From positions 44,361-108,360 of the forward strand of contig JAQGDQ010000623.1 of assembly GCA_030141605.1 (NCBI GenBank): 64,000 bases of DNA, read 5' to 3'. The translations under genes were made by a program, and so were the position numbers. The stretch is from Tubiluchus corallicola. Its lineage: Eukaryota > Animalia > Priapulida. Below the pieces are notes generated by a model. That model was given only the letters and a program-made list of their open reading frames with translations. It was not told the DNA's origin and did not search any database. Below are positions 10,301-22,762 of this stretch, piece after piece (position 1 is the first letter of the stretch; every line of letters begins with the position of its first letter).

Positions 10301-12342
10301 AGATAGATAGATAGATATTTTATTTCTGAAAATCACATTTCCAACACAAAAATTACAAATTACACCCGATGGTTTTATCAGCGGGCAGAGCTCAGGTAAT
10401 GATTTCCAGATCGTACTAACAATTTTACTCAACATAGCTGCACAGGTATACAAACAGATATACAAATTTAGTTGTAAGCTCCATAAAGCGAAAAATAAAA
10501 CTATTTACTAAGCATTTGTACACATGTATTAAACAAATATTTTACCTATATGATGATCTCCGTGATGCGGTTATATATCCGCTAACAAAGCTATACTATT
10601 TAATTCACAAATCTTGCATACAGTCGTAAATGAAACTACCTATTGACGTTAATTCTCCATCAAATAAATTTGCAATATTACTATAATTTAATGCGTACAG
10701 TGATCTATAAAGTGCATTTTCATGGCACTCGCACAAAAAATGCTCTTCTGTCTGAATTTCTCCACAAAGACACAGCCTGCGCTCACGAGGTACATTTGCC
10801 CAACGACCTGTTTCTATAGCTAGATTGTGTGATGAGACCCTTATTCTTGTGATGATTATACGTTTGTGCTCAGGTAACTCTGTCTTCCCATACATTGGAT
10901 ACACGGTCAAATTGGGATTTATTTCCAAATAAGTCTTGCATTTTGTACGATTAGAAACTCGGACATGAGTCTTTCGTCTCTCTACATCTATCTGTACGTG
11001 ATCCGCTGTAGACATAACATTGTCTAAATATTTGTATCCCTTTGTTCGCGTATCTTTACATAAATTCCATACCAGCATAAACGGGTCATCCGTCATAGCG
11101 TGACGCTGGCTTACCAACTTCGAGACGAAGTTTTTTTGTACGTTTTTTACCCTCGCTTCAAGTGAGGGCATGCCAAGTTCTAGCAAGCACACATCGTTTG
11201 TTGTAGATGTACGAACCCCCAGTAGAGCTTTAATAGTAGTGCGGTACGGAACCTCGCCAATACGGGCACTGCCACATATCCAGGCTTCGCACCCATAAAG
11301 TATGGACGAGAGCAATGCAGATTCTAGCACCTTCCGTTTTATCCAAAATGGGAAGTCAATGTTCTTGGATACAAAAGAGACAAATTTCATCACGTGTGGC
11401 TGCTTGGATTTAAAATGTTCCCTAACAGCAGCATCGGGCGATCCATCTTGAGTAAAGACAACCCCCAAATAAGTGTAGTCATTGCAATTCAGCACACACA
11501 CATTGTCAACTACAAGTTCCACTCTGTCCGCTAGGGAACCGTTCACCACCATAAATTTTGTCTTCTCTACATTTATGACCATTCCTGATTCTTCACAAAA
11601 TCCTAAAAGCAAAGAAAGTTTCTTTATAGCCTCATTTCTAGACGTGGCAAGTAGGACAGTATCATCCATAAGCAGTAAACAATGAACCCACCCAAGAAAG
11701 TCATCTATTCCACACGCGTGTTTAATTCGCCTCACAAACGGATTTAGGTACAAGGTAAAAAGAAAACACGATGTCGGGCTTCCCTGACGAAGACCAATAC
11801 TTGCTATAATTGTAGCCGTTCCTAAAATCAACTGCGTATCTGAATATAAGGTACAAATAGCCGCAACCATGGCATATCCACATCCTAAAGCTGCCAAGGT
11901 AGTAATAATAGCACCACGAGGTACTCTGTCATACGCTTTGCTAAAGTCGACGTAGATTATGAAAAGCTTTTTCTTTTGGCACAGTGCGTAATCCATAAGT
12001 AACCGAAGGGTGAGTATGTGTTCCAAACACCCCCTCCCACGCTGGGCACCTGCTTGTTCCCGATCAGGGCAAAACCACTTTTGAAGGCGTTGACAAAGCA
12101 TGGCATCGTACAATTTGGCGAAGGTATCCATTATCGATATACCGCGATAATTGTCGCAGGACTGACGACGTCCTTTCTTGAATATCACTATTAGCCGTGA
12201 AAAAGCCCAACTGGTGGGCACAATGGCACACCGAAACATTATCGTAAATATTGCCACTAAAAAGGCTAGCCACGCTTGGGGTAATACCTTGAGCACACCG
12301 GGTGGAACACCCGACGGCCCACCACTGCGGTCCGGAAGTCTC
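10301..12342 (-). mobile_element. 5'-truncated non-LTR retrotransposon (LINE, RTE-X/L2-like), antisense in the SK intron
   Basis: Intact RT-to-zinc-knuckle ORF. The 3' UTR ends in AATAAA followed by a (TATC)n tail at 10301-10325 (minus strand). The frame extends to about 12342 (SGGPSGVPPG, equivalent to KAPGPDG) and the endonuclease is missing. Confidence 0.92.
10605..12296 (-). CDS. LINE ORF2 fragment: reverse transcriptase and C-terminal Cys/His region (563 aa)
   Basis: Motifs NYRGISI, EQAGAQRGR, YVDFSKAYDRV, GLRQGSPTSCFLF, LLMDDTVL, YTYLGV and RVSSHNLAIETGRW...CLCGEIQTEEHFLCEC. Confidence 0.9.
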   Translation of the reverse strand: MLKVLPQAWLAFLVAIFTIMFRCAIVPTSWAFSRLIVIFKKGRRQSCDNYRGISIMDTFAKLYDAMLCQRLQKWFCPDREQAGAQRGRGCLEHILTLRLLMDYALCQKKKLFIIYVDFSKAYDRVPRGAIITTLAALGCGYAMVAAICTLYSDTQLILGTATIIASIGLRQGSPTSCFLFTLYLNPFVRRIKHACGIDDFLGWVHCLLLMDDTVLLATSRNEAIKKLSLLLGFCEESGMVINVEKTKFMVVNGSLADRVELVVDNVCVLNCNDYTYLGVVFTQDGSPDAAVREHFKSKQPHVMKFVSFVSKNIDFPFWIKRKVLESALLSSILYGCEAWICGSARIGEVPYRTTIKALLGVRTSTTNDVCLLELGMPSLEARVKNVQKNFVSKLVSQRHAMTDDPFMLVWNLCKDTRTKGYKYLDNVMSTADHVQIDVERRKTHVRVSNRTKCKTYLEINPNLTVYPMYGKTELPEHKRIIITRIRVSSHNLAIETGRWANVPRERRLCLCGEIQTEEHFLCECHENALYRSLYALNYSNIANLFDGELTSIGSFIYDCMQDL

Positions 12343-12990
12343 TAGTCATATTAATGTCTTTATACATAATAATTGGCCCTACTTTTTCCCAAGTTTTGAC
12401 TGGTGGAAGAATACTTGTTTGAGTGAAACTTTTTTTGGACCGGTTTCTGAGGCAGGTGTGGCTTTAACTCTAGGAAAAACGGTTGTGTTACTGATTCTAT
12501 CAAAACATATGGAATTAAAATTTTAGAACTTTAGTTTTGAGTTAAGGTGTATTGTGATTTAGTTTTAAACTAGTATACTGAAATTCCGTGAAAAAAGGAA
12601 ATTCACGACAATACAAGAGAAAAGTGAGAAGCTACCAGGCCACATACGTGGCTCTCTGTTAGCAAGTTACGATCAAATTTACAATGTCGCAACGACTTTT
12701 CATTCCCTAACAATCATGTAAAATCTTTAACATTAGAGGTATTAATTGTGTCATAAGTTAAAGAATTTCAAATATCTACGATTCTGTTACAAAAAGAATA
12801 TTCAGTCTGCAGTAGTTTTTATATAATTTAAAGTCATGTCTCCTAATCTCAAATTTGGGTGAGTACGCAAAAAATCATGAAACAGTAATCCTATACGATT
12901 ATTACAAATTTTGTAAACCATTTTCAGGTCAAAAATTAACCTTTTTATTTCTAGTGGCTGTAACTTAAGAATTTGCAGTCTATGAAAGTA

Positions 12991-13493
12991 CAGTCATACC
13001 TCCGTTGTCGAATGTCTCAGTACTCGTTCAAATCGGTTTTCGACCAGAAAATTCGAGCTGAAATTGTCGCCGCTCTCGACCAGAATTTCGGTACTCGACC
13101 AACCGCCAAACACGTGATGAACACATGTGCGGCGAGCCGAGTAGAGCCGAGCGTAACCGACCGCGCCCGAGAGTAGTCACGCACAAGATTTGAATTGCCT
13201 AACATCGCTAAGTGCTTTCTACGCTTATTTTTCTTCGCTTTTTCCGTGCAGAAACAATTATATTACTCTTTCAAACTAATTCTATTATGTTTTTCTTATC
13301 AATTATACCATATCTACTGTTTGAATAAGCATTTTTGCATTATCATATTTCGTTTTAGTAATACTTTACAGTTCATTTGGTGCTTGAGAACGGATTATTT
13401 GCTTTTACATTATTTCTTATGAGAATAAATGATTCGGTACTCAACCAAATCGGTTTTCAAACACTTTTTAGGTCGAAAACAGAGGTGCTACTC
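12991..13493. mobile_element. Tc1/pogo (Tigger)-like MITE
   Basis: TA|CAGTCATACCTCCGTTGTCGA ... TCGAAAACAGAGGTGCTACTC|TA is a degenerate TIR with TA flanks; repeated subterminal gtactc...aaatcggttttc. Confidence 0.55.
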
Positions 13494-13529
13494 TAATTTA
13501 TATAGTTTATATTACATCTTCTACACAAA

Positions 13530-13730
13530 CGTCTAGTGAAATATCTTTGAACATTTTCTATACAGTCAATCAAAGTTACAAGATCAGGATTCCAGACTGG
13601 TGTACAGTATTCTAATAAAGGTCTTATGTGCTAAAAGTAAAGCTTCTACTCCTAAAGATAGATTTGGTTGAAGCTTTGGATATCTTTATTTATCCTAGCT
13701 ATCCAGTTGGTTTTTAGTTTGCCAGGTGGT
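13530..13730 (-). mobile_element. Decayed CR1/L2-type LINE fragment
   Basis: The minus strand reads IRPLLEYCTPVWNPDLVTLIDCIENVQR, the post-RT CR1-group signature. Confidence 0.7.
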
Positions 13731-16129
13731 TTTTTGCAAGGTTTTTAGGCTTTATTTAAGGCGATTCTTACTGGTGCTTCATTTAAAATGGCTGATAAAT
13801 GCATTAAATAATCGAAGTCTTGTGTTAGGACGTAATTTCTTACTACTTAATACGCTTTTGTGTTGAAGAAAAGCAAGCATTGCTTACTGTTTTCTATTTT
13901 TAATATCATCTTCCGTGTTTAGAAGCATGCCCGTATATTTACACATTTTCCATGACTGATTACCATCTCTTGAAACGTGCAAAATTATTCTCCCGCCAAA
14001 CTGCATTTGCTTTGCAATCAGTAATTTCCGTTAAAGCAAAATTGCACAAATTTAATTCCAGCCTCTCGTTCCATAATTTCCAAGCATCTGAAGGGCTGGA
14101 ATGTCAGAAAACCTGTGTCTAATTGCTCGGATATTTTACAAATATTGTCACCAGCAATTTCTCATTACCAGACGTGACATGCCAGCGGCCATGTTGGAAT
14201 ATCAAAGGCTTCATGGCTGTGTTGCATTCAACGAAATCATCAATCAGCCTATTGTTGACATTACGGCTAATTTGGATTTTGGAGACCAAAAGGTTTTTGT
14301 AATTGATCGATCTATTGCAGGTAGAGCTGAAAAGGTATGGCAACTAAACTGGTGCGCATGCGCGTGGAGACGCGCTTGCCAATATCACTATGGGCTTGCC
14401 AGGAATAACACCGATTAGTCAGGAAGCGCAGCAATTACCATAGCTAACAAATCAGCGAAAGGGAAGTTATAAAATAAAGAGAGCACAAGTTTCAAGGACA
14501 TTTGTGACGTTTATAGAGGTCACACTCGCCTTGCGTTTTGTTCAAAGTTATTTTATTTTCTTTGATAATGTATTATGCTATCCAATTAAATTTCCAGCTA
14601 AAACTTCTAAAAAACAGTTTTGACTCCTAACCGTTTTCTTGTGACATTCAATCTTTGTTTTTTGTAGTTTTGATGATAAATTATCTTCCAGTTGATTTTG
14701 AACTCTGGAGTGCCGCAAGGATCTGTGGGCGCCTCATTTTGTTTGCTCTATATAGAAAGTCCAGAGGCGAATAAGTTCCATGCGCTCTCAGATTTGTTTA
14801 TTGGGTGCAGTCTTATGTTGTTGCTAGTGGCTAGCAGGTTTATTGGATTCATTCCCAATTTTCTTTGATCAGTTTGTCCTTGATTATGTCTTTCAGTATG
14901 TTTTGCACTTCAGAGTGTTGCAAAAATCGATAATAATTGGCTGTACTCTGTTTGCTTTATTTGCTTGTTGAAGAGTTTGTTGTGCTTTGATTGGTGGTTG
15001 TGATTTGATTGGTGACTGTACCGTTCAAAAAACCACCTAGCAAACTAAAAACAACTGAGATCACTAAGATAAATAAATATGTTCAACCATCTCAACCGAA
15101 TGCCCTCTTTAGAAGCAGAAGAACTTGCGCTACTAGTAGCAGATAGGTGTGGGTGGAATACTCTAATCAATGGTAATGCCTGAATGTCTTCAACAGACGA
15201 AATGAGACTTAGATGATGATCTAATGTCATTTGTAATATCAATTAACACAGGATTAAACGACGATTGTTTGAATTACGGCAATTTCACATACAATACATA
15301 GCTTTAGCAGCATCAAAAGTATGTCTCCGTAGCTGTTCACAATTTGAAGAACCGGCAATAACTTCTCTAAACACACATGAAACCGTTCGATCTACTGCCA
15401 GAGGTAAAATTGCTTCCTGTCTAATGGAGACTGAGTGCCAGCAGTAATTTTACCTGTCCTGTCAGGACAGTGTAGTCCAAGGAAAGGACACACCATGTGA
15501 TATATGCGACCATGGGATGCAGGCGAAATTGAAACACATGTAGTGACAACCACACAGATGTCCACTCTAAACATCAAGGATGTTTTATTTAAGGGTGTTT
15601 TATTACCCATCAACAAGTGCTCATATGCTGCTTTCAGTATTGTACTTTAACAGATATATTACTTTCACTTGACAAATTGTCTGCTGAAACCAATACATTT
15701 CCCGCTTAGACTTTATCAAAGAATTAGCGTTGCCCGGCGGCAATAAACTTCAACGTTTAATTTTTGCTCACTAGACAATAGACATCACATAATTGCATGC
15801 AATTGTTGAAGATTTTGGGTATTGCCTATTAATGGATTTGTCATTCTTGCTTTGCTCAAAAGTGGTGCTGACAAGCCACTGGCATAGCAGTGTCTAGTTT
15901 GTTTGCCGGATTACTGCTGTGTTTACCTGTCTGAAGGGCAGTTTCTTTTATTTTAAAATTCTATGTCTACAATGGACATGATGGATATATGATATATCTT
16001 ACTTAATGACGCTGATTGATTTTTGCACGTAAAAATCGTGATGATGATGACGATGGCGATGATGACTACGACGATTCCCGTTTTTTTGCCATTGTTACTA
16101 GCATCATGAGATTAACAATAATTCCTCAG

Positions 16130-16960
16130 TGCATTGTTGCTAGCATCATGACAAACATTTTTGTCATCTTAAAACCGTAGTATTCTTCTGTACGATGGTG
16201 CCATTCTTTCTGTCATATAACACTGTAATATCCATTGGTACGATGGTGCCATTGTTTGTGTCGTCATGGCACTGTAATATTCTTTGGTACGATGGTGCCA
16301 TCGTTTCTGCCATCATGATATTGTAATATCCATCGGTACAATGGTGCCATTGTTTCTGTCATCATGATATTGTAATATCCATCGGTACAATGGTGCCATT
16401 GTTTCTGTCATCATGATATTGTAATATCCATCGGTACAATGGTGCCATTGTTTCTGTCATCATGATATTGTAATATCCATCAGTACGATGGTGCCATCGT
16501 TTCTGTCATCATGATATTGTAATATCCATCGGTACAATGGTGCCATCGTTTCTGTCATCATGATATTGTAATATCCATCGGTACAATGGTGCCATCGTTT
16601 CTGCCATCATGATATTGTAATATCCATCAGTACGATGGTGCCATTGTTTCTGTCATCATGACACTGTAATTTTCTTTGTGCCATTGTTTCTGTCTTCATG
16701 ATGCTGTAATATTATTTGGTATGATGGTGGCATGGTTTGTCGTCATGGCACTGTGATGTTCTTTCTTTGCCATTGTTACGAACGTCATGCCAATATACTA
16801 CTTACACGGTACTAATACTTCTGTCACCATGATGTCGTAATATTTAAATGGTGCAAGTGAGTGTGTCATCATGACTGTAATATCTATTTCGTGCCATAGT
16901 TCCCAGTCGCCATAATACTGTAACTGTTATTCGCTGCCATTGTTAGTAACAATGATTTTT
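16130..16960. repeat. 49-bp minisatellite, homogeneous core with degenerate edges, just upstream of the pore exon
   Basis: Unit GGTACAATGGTGCCATTGTTTCTGTCATCATGATATTGTAATATCCATC at 16335, 16384 and so on. Confidence 0.95.
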
Positions 16961-17025
16961 AGTAACAACGTGTTTTATTACAAACATTGTGTCACTATGA
17001 CAGGCATTCTGTGTCATCATTTCAG

Positions 17026-17161
17026 GTATCACGATGACGACCACGCTAATCTAATGAACTCAATGTGGTTGATTGCCATCACATTCCTGTCTATAGGTTA
17101 CGGTGATATTGTTCCTAACACGATATGTGGTCGAGGTATCGCCGTGTGTACTGGGATTATG
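17026..17161 (+). CDS. KCNN: SK channel pore exon (P-loop, GYG filter, start of S6)
   Basis: ttcag|G TAT ... ATG|gtaagt. Translates [45 protein letters not shown]; phase 2 matches the previous exon. Confidence 0.97.
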
Positions 17162-17224
17162 GTAAGTAGTGCGTATCAGTAAGGCCTCGATGTTTATCAC
17201 TCTTAGTAAGCATTTTCGCATTTT

Positions 17225-17410
17225 TGTTGTGCGCATGCGCAGTTACTGTAGGTCAAAGGTTAAGTGTAGCACAGCAACGCGCCTTAATTGCAACCGTCAC
17301 GTGACGTGCGTATAAAGCAAAGCCGTCTGCCGCCTCAGTTCAGTGACTTCATTGTTTTATATGGAATTTACTTAATTATACATTAGTCTGTGTGTAGAGT
17401 GATTTACTAG
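17225..17410 (+). repeat. Dispersed repeat family; other copies at 24110-24290 (-), 36855-37020 (+) and 63525-63640 (+)
   Basis: Shared gtgcgca.gcgcagtt..tgtaggtca.aggttaagtgta...ctgccgc.tcagttcag...cattagtctgtgtgtagag. Confidence 0.85.
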
Positions 17411-17749
17411 CAGGATCTACACTAGCAGGATATACGTTGTCTGGCGCATAAAAAATTTAACCTTTGACCTTTTTATTATCATCATCAATCACTGGGATTG
17501 TGAAATATCTTATTAGTGCACAGCTGATTTGACAAAAAAAACGTATTTTTAATCTTGACAGAACACAGTAATTTATATTTTTGCCTGGTGAAGAATGCGC
17601 TACGAATGCTGTGATTATTTTTTCAAACTTTACACAATGTTATCTAAACATTGTGTAGGGGCTCTGCCCCAGACCCCCTAGCTGCTTGTGCGTACAATTC
17701 TTTAACCTCTGGTGGCGCCCTCATCGCCAACTAAGTTTAAATTACTGTA

Positions 17750-17970
17750 TCTTGTTTTTGGTGAATCGCTGGTGCATACTGGGAAGGTGAGTTAGTGGCA
17801 TTTTAGCAGTTGGCATGAACATTTTAAATTATTAAGAATTTTGTTTTCTAATTACGTAAGTCTTTCGAACAGGTAACCGTAATGCTGAGTAATACAACTT
17901 TGTGTGGAAAGTTTTCTTAGGAAATACGTTAAAATTGCCCTTTCTTCCCTTTTAATCATTGAAAATTTGC
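17750..17970 (+). repeat. Dispersed repeat; second copy at about 43990-44190
   Basis: Shared attttaaattattaagaatttt.ttttcta.ttac.taagtctttc.aacaggtaa.cgt. Confidence 0.75.
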
Positions 17971-18079
17971 TAATTGCTCATTTAATAGGCTTTTACGCAG
18001 AGGTCCCGTTTCTCATTACTGGTAACTCTGCTCTGACTTCATTGTGATAACAGAGAATCGATTAAACAGAGTTGATTAA

Positions 18080-18471
18080 AGAGAGTTAGTGGTTTCACAC
18101 AATAGCCTCATGCATGGCTTCATTGTTAGTAATTTCGTGCAGTGTATTCATACGTGGCGTAGTGTTAGAGGTTTCACACGTTTGCATACGTGGTTTCAAT
18201 GTTAGATGTTTCATACACTGTCTTTATACATGGCTTCAGTATTTGTGGTTTCACACAATATCTTCACGTATTGCTGTTAGAGACTGAACAATGCTCAATT
18301 ATTTATTTGCTTGTCAATCTGAATTCATTTATTCTAAAAAGTAAATGAAATTACAAATTATTTATTATTCTTGTTGTTGTTGTTGTTTTCGTGTTGTTGT
18401 TATTATTATTAATAATATGATGCTGCCACTGCTGCCACTGCTGCTGCTGTTGCTGCCGCTGCTGCTGCTGT

Positions 18472-18520
<49 letters not shown>

Positions 18521-18557
18521 ACTACTACTACTGCTACTACTACTACTACTACTACTG

Positions 18558-18633
<76 letters not shown>

Positions 18634-19017
18634 CACTACCACTACCACTACCACTGCCACTGCCACAGCAACTGCCACTGCCGCTGCTACTACTATTGCT
18701 ACTACTACTACTACTGCTGCTGCTGCCACTGCCGTCACTGCCGCCGCTGCTGCTGCTTATTATTATCATTATCGTTATCGTTATCGTTATCGTTATCATT
18801 AACAAAGCTCATGGCTTCAATGTTAGTGGTTTCATGCAGTTTCTTTATACATGTCTTCAGTGTTTATGTCTTCATCCAATGCCTTCATACTGTTCATGGT
18901 TTCAATGTTATTTTTTTCGTACAGTGCTTTTCGTACAGTTTCATATAGTAAATATACACATTGTTTCACAGTGAGTGGTTTCATACAATGGCTTCACGTG
19001 TGGCTTCATTGTTACAG
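18080..19017. repeat. Degenerate about 40-bp tandem repeat (tggcttcattgttagtggtttcatac) split by a compound trinucleotide microsatellite at 18370-18800
   Basis: Units are visible on both sides of the (CTG/CTA/CCA)n tract. Confidence 0.8.
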
Positions 19018-19128
19018 GGTGCAGGCTGTACAGCGCTGGTCGTTGCAGTCCTGGCCAGGAAACTGGAGCTGACGAGGGCTGAAAAACACGTTCATAACTT
19101 CATGATGGACACTCAGTTAACTAAACGG
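19018..19128 (+). CDS. KCNN: SK channel exon: S6 and start of the calmodulin-binding domain
   Basis: ttacag|GGT ... CGG|gtaggt. Translates [37 protein letters not shown]. Confidence 0.97.
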
Positions 19129-20709
19129 GTAGGTCAACAATAAAAACATCTCCATTACAAGCTAATGTTTTAGTATTCATTGTGGTATAATATGGCGCAA
19201 TATGAGTAACACATCACCGCAGAGGTGATAACAATAATGGTATCAGAAATCTGTTTCACTTAGGATACGATTGCAGTGCTTCTGGTACGTGTGTAAACAT
19301 ATCTCTACCATATTTTGGTCACATTCGTACTTAGATCGTGTTATGGCCTGGCATCAGGTTGCTACTGTACACAGGCTGTGTTATTATAACTATTGTTAAC
19401 TCACATAGACTTGTCAAATCTTGCTTTTTTGTAAAATGCATTGAAATATTACACAATTAATTTCTAAAATTTATTCAGCTCTTAATTTACTGACCCAGTA
19501 TTTACATTTTAATCTTATAATTTTTATTTCTTTGTATTTTATTTCGTTTTAGTATCTGTATTTGTATTTTATATGATCTTAGTTACCGGAATAAAAATTT
19601 GAATTGCATTTGAAATGAATTGAATTTAATACTGGTTGTTGCTAAAAATGCTGGAAAGCTTCTGCATATTAAAAAAATAAGTGCTTGGCCAATTAATATT
19701 AACTAATGATTATTTGAAAAACAAACACTCAATAGATGGCAGCAACAACAACAGTACAGTTTGCAGCCAAAAAATACCACACTTTGAAATTTCAACTCTG
19801 TGAGACATTTACCTCTAACGTCTGTAGTCAAAAATTCGGTACATTTTTTCTGCGCCACCCGATATAAGCAGTCTGCATCTTATTCTGTCTACACTTCTTG
19901 AATGACTGATTTAGTGAACGAATAAGCCAGCTAATGAAAGAGTAATAGAAGGCACAAGCAAGAGAACAACTGAACTGATTGAATTGATGCAAAACGCTTG
20001 TTGTTAATTAATATAGTAATGAAGCCAAGTACAAAATCATTTCTTAAAATAACTTGGCTTCTTTACGCGATAATTAATGTTACTTATTTACTCTGCAGTT
20101 TAACACTGTCCAGATGTGCTGCTTTTTAAAGGGAGATTTCGTGTAGCAACAAGTTCAAATAAATCTCTACCAGAAAGGGTTAAACGAGCATCAGACAATT
20201 TTGTTTGTTTATTTATAAAATGGCTTCATTTAAAATAGTTTCACTTTTCCTTGGCAGCAACTTGCGGTTTTGTTTGTATTCAAATTTGCTGCATTTTCGC
20301 CTAACAAGTTAATTAATGCGAGCAGATAAACAGCCTCAGTCAAATTACTGGAAGTATCCTGCGTTTTTTCACGTCAGGAAGGCATTTGAAACGAACGGGT
20401 TAAAGGAAAACTAGATCAATCTTAGCCTATAACTCAAAACAATCTTGAAACAAACTAACAAACAATCTTGAAACAAACTTTAAAAGGGAACATACTATTT
20501 TTTTCAAGAACGACTTATTCATGAAAGAATTATTACCGCAGAATGGTAGTTTCACGTTAAAGCCACTAGTTTTTCGCTGTTACATACATTTTACCATCCG
20601 CTAGTTAAGATGGGCAATAGCGCCAGCATGTCGGAAAAAACACAGAATGCAGATCAGATGAGTTCAGTTGTAACGTAGTGCGCGCGTTCAAGTAGCACTA
20701 CTAAAGCTA

Positions 20710-21238
<529 letters not shown>

Positions 21239-22007
21239 GATATGAGTCTCAAACTAAAGTAATTAAGAAAACGCTGACACCACGCAGTTATTATTTGCTT
21301 TAATGCTTCTTCATGCTCTTAACCGGACATGCGCAGGCATTAACTCCAGACGTTAATCTATTTCTAAAATAAATAATCCCTTAGCAGAGAGACGTGGGCT
21401 TAAATCATTAGACGCAAATTCTTACGCATGTGTTACCAAATTATGGTTTCAATTTGTCTTAACCCTTTCTCATCGGGAAATTTTCAAACACTTTAAACTG
21501 TGGTTTTTAATGGAACAGAAATACAATTACAAGGAACAGGAGACAGTTTTAAACTATAGTTAAAATAATCTATTGTGTAAGACATGGAAAGAGGATAGCT
21601 TTTTAGATTGAATTATTTCCGTGCAAATTTAATTTCTCGTTCACGCGTTGTTACGTGCGTTTCACCATTCGCTAATTAGATGGACACAGCGCTTGCATAG
21701 CGATACCGCCTTCTATGAAAAAGAGGTGCTGTACCACCCTGTCCCTGTTCACTTGTGACGTAGCGTTCACGGTAGAGAGCTTATGTGTTAACACATGGGT
21801 AAACATAAAGAAAAGATTGTGTGAGCTTCTCGTATGTCACACTGAATGTTCTACATTAGCACTTTACTTCAATTTTCGCTTTTGCAAACACGTGCGACCC
21901 GCTGATGGTATGTTTGTGCTGTTGAAAATTATGTTCAATTGTGATGTCATTACTTTTTTCTCTCTCTTTCCCCCCTCTCTCTCTCTCTCTATCTGTTTTT
22001 CTATCTA

Positions 22008-22046
<39 letters not shown>

Positions 22047-22091
22047 CTCTATTTCTCTCTCTCTCTTTCTCTCTCTCTCTCGCTCTCTCTG

Positions 22092-22212
<121 letters not shown>

Positions 22213-22315
22213 TCCCTCTGAAACGTATAAGCACACACACATTTTCTCTCGCTCAACTCACCTAATAAACCCGTTTGTGGCGTGTTAGCAATTAATGCCG
22301 TTTTTTTTATTTTAG

Positions 22316-22443
22316 TTGAAGAATGCAGCGGCGAATGTGCTTCGTGAGACTTGGCTGATTTACAAATACACAAAGCTAGTTAAACGAGTGAACGCCACCA
22401 AGGTTAGGACGCACCAACGAAAATTCCTCATGGCAATTTATAG
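22316..22443 (+). CDS. KCNN: SK channel calmodulin-binding domain exon (absent from the ORF track)
   Basis: tttag|TTG ... TAT AG|gtaat. Translates [42 protein letters not shown]. Confidence 0.96.
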
Positions 22444-22762
22444 GTAATAAGATGAGCATTTAATCCAATGTGTTGATGAAAACATGGCTTCCTGGGGCAA
22501 TGACCAGCTGATAAGACAGTGTTTAGAAAACTGGCTTCATGTAGTCCAGTCAGTGTTTATATTCACGGTTTATAATTAGCTGAATGTGCAGAAAAGCTCT
22601 TTCCAATTTCAAAATAACCAATTGAAATTATTCGTGAAAAGACATTTGAAGTTATGGGGCCTTTTTTCAGCGTCCCTAACAACGAGTTAGATATTCACAT
22701 CTCTTACTTGAGTGGCCATTGGTATGGCTTAATGCAATTTCTGTCAAGCAATCGCCCTAAAT

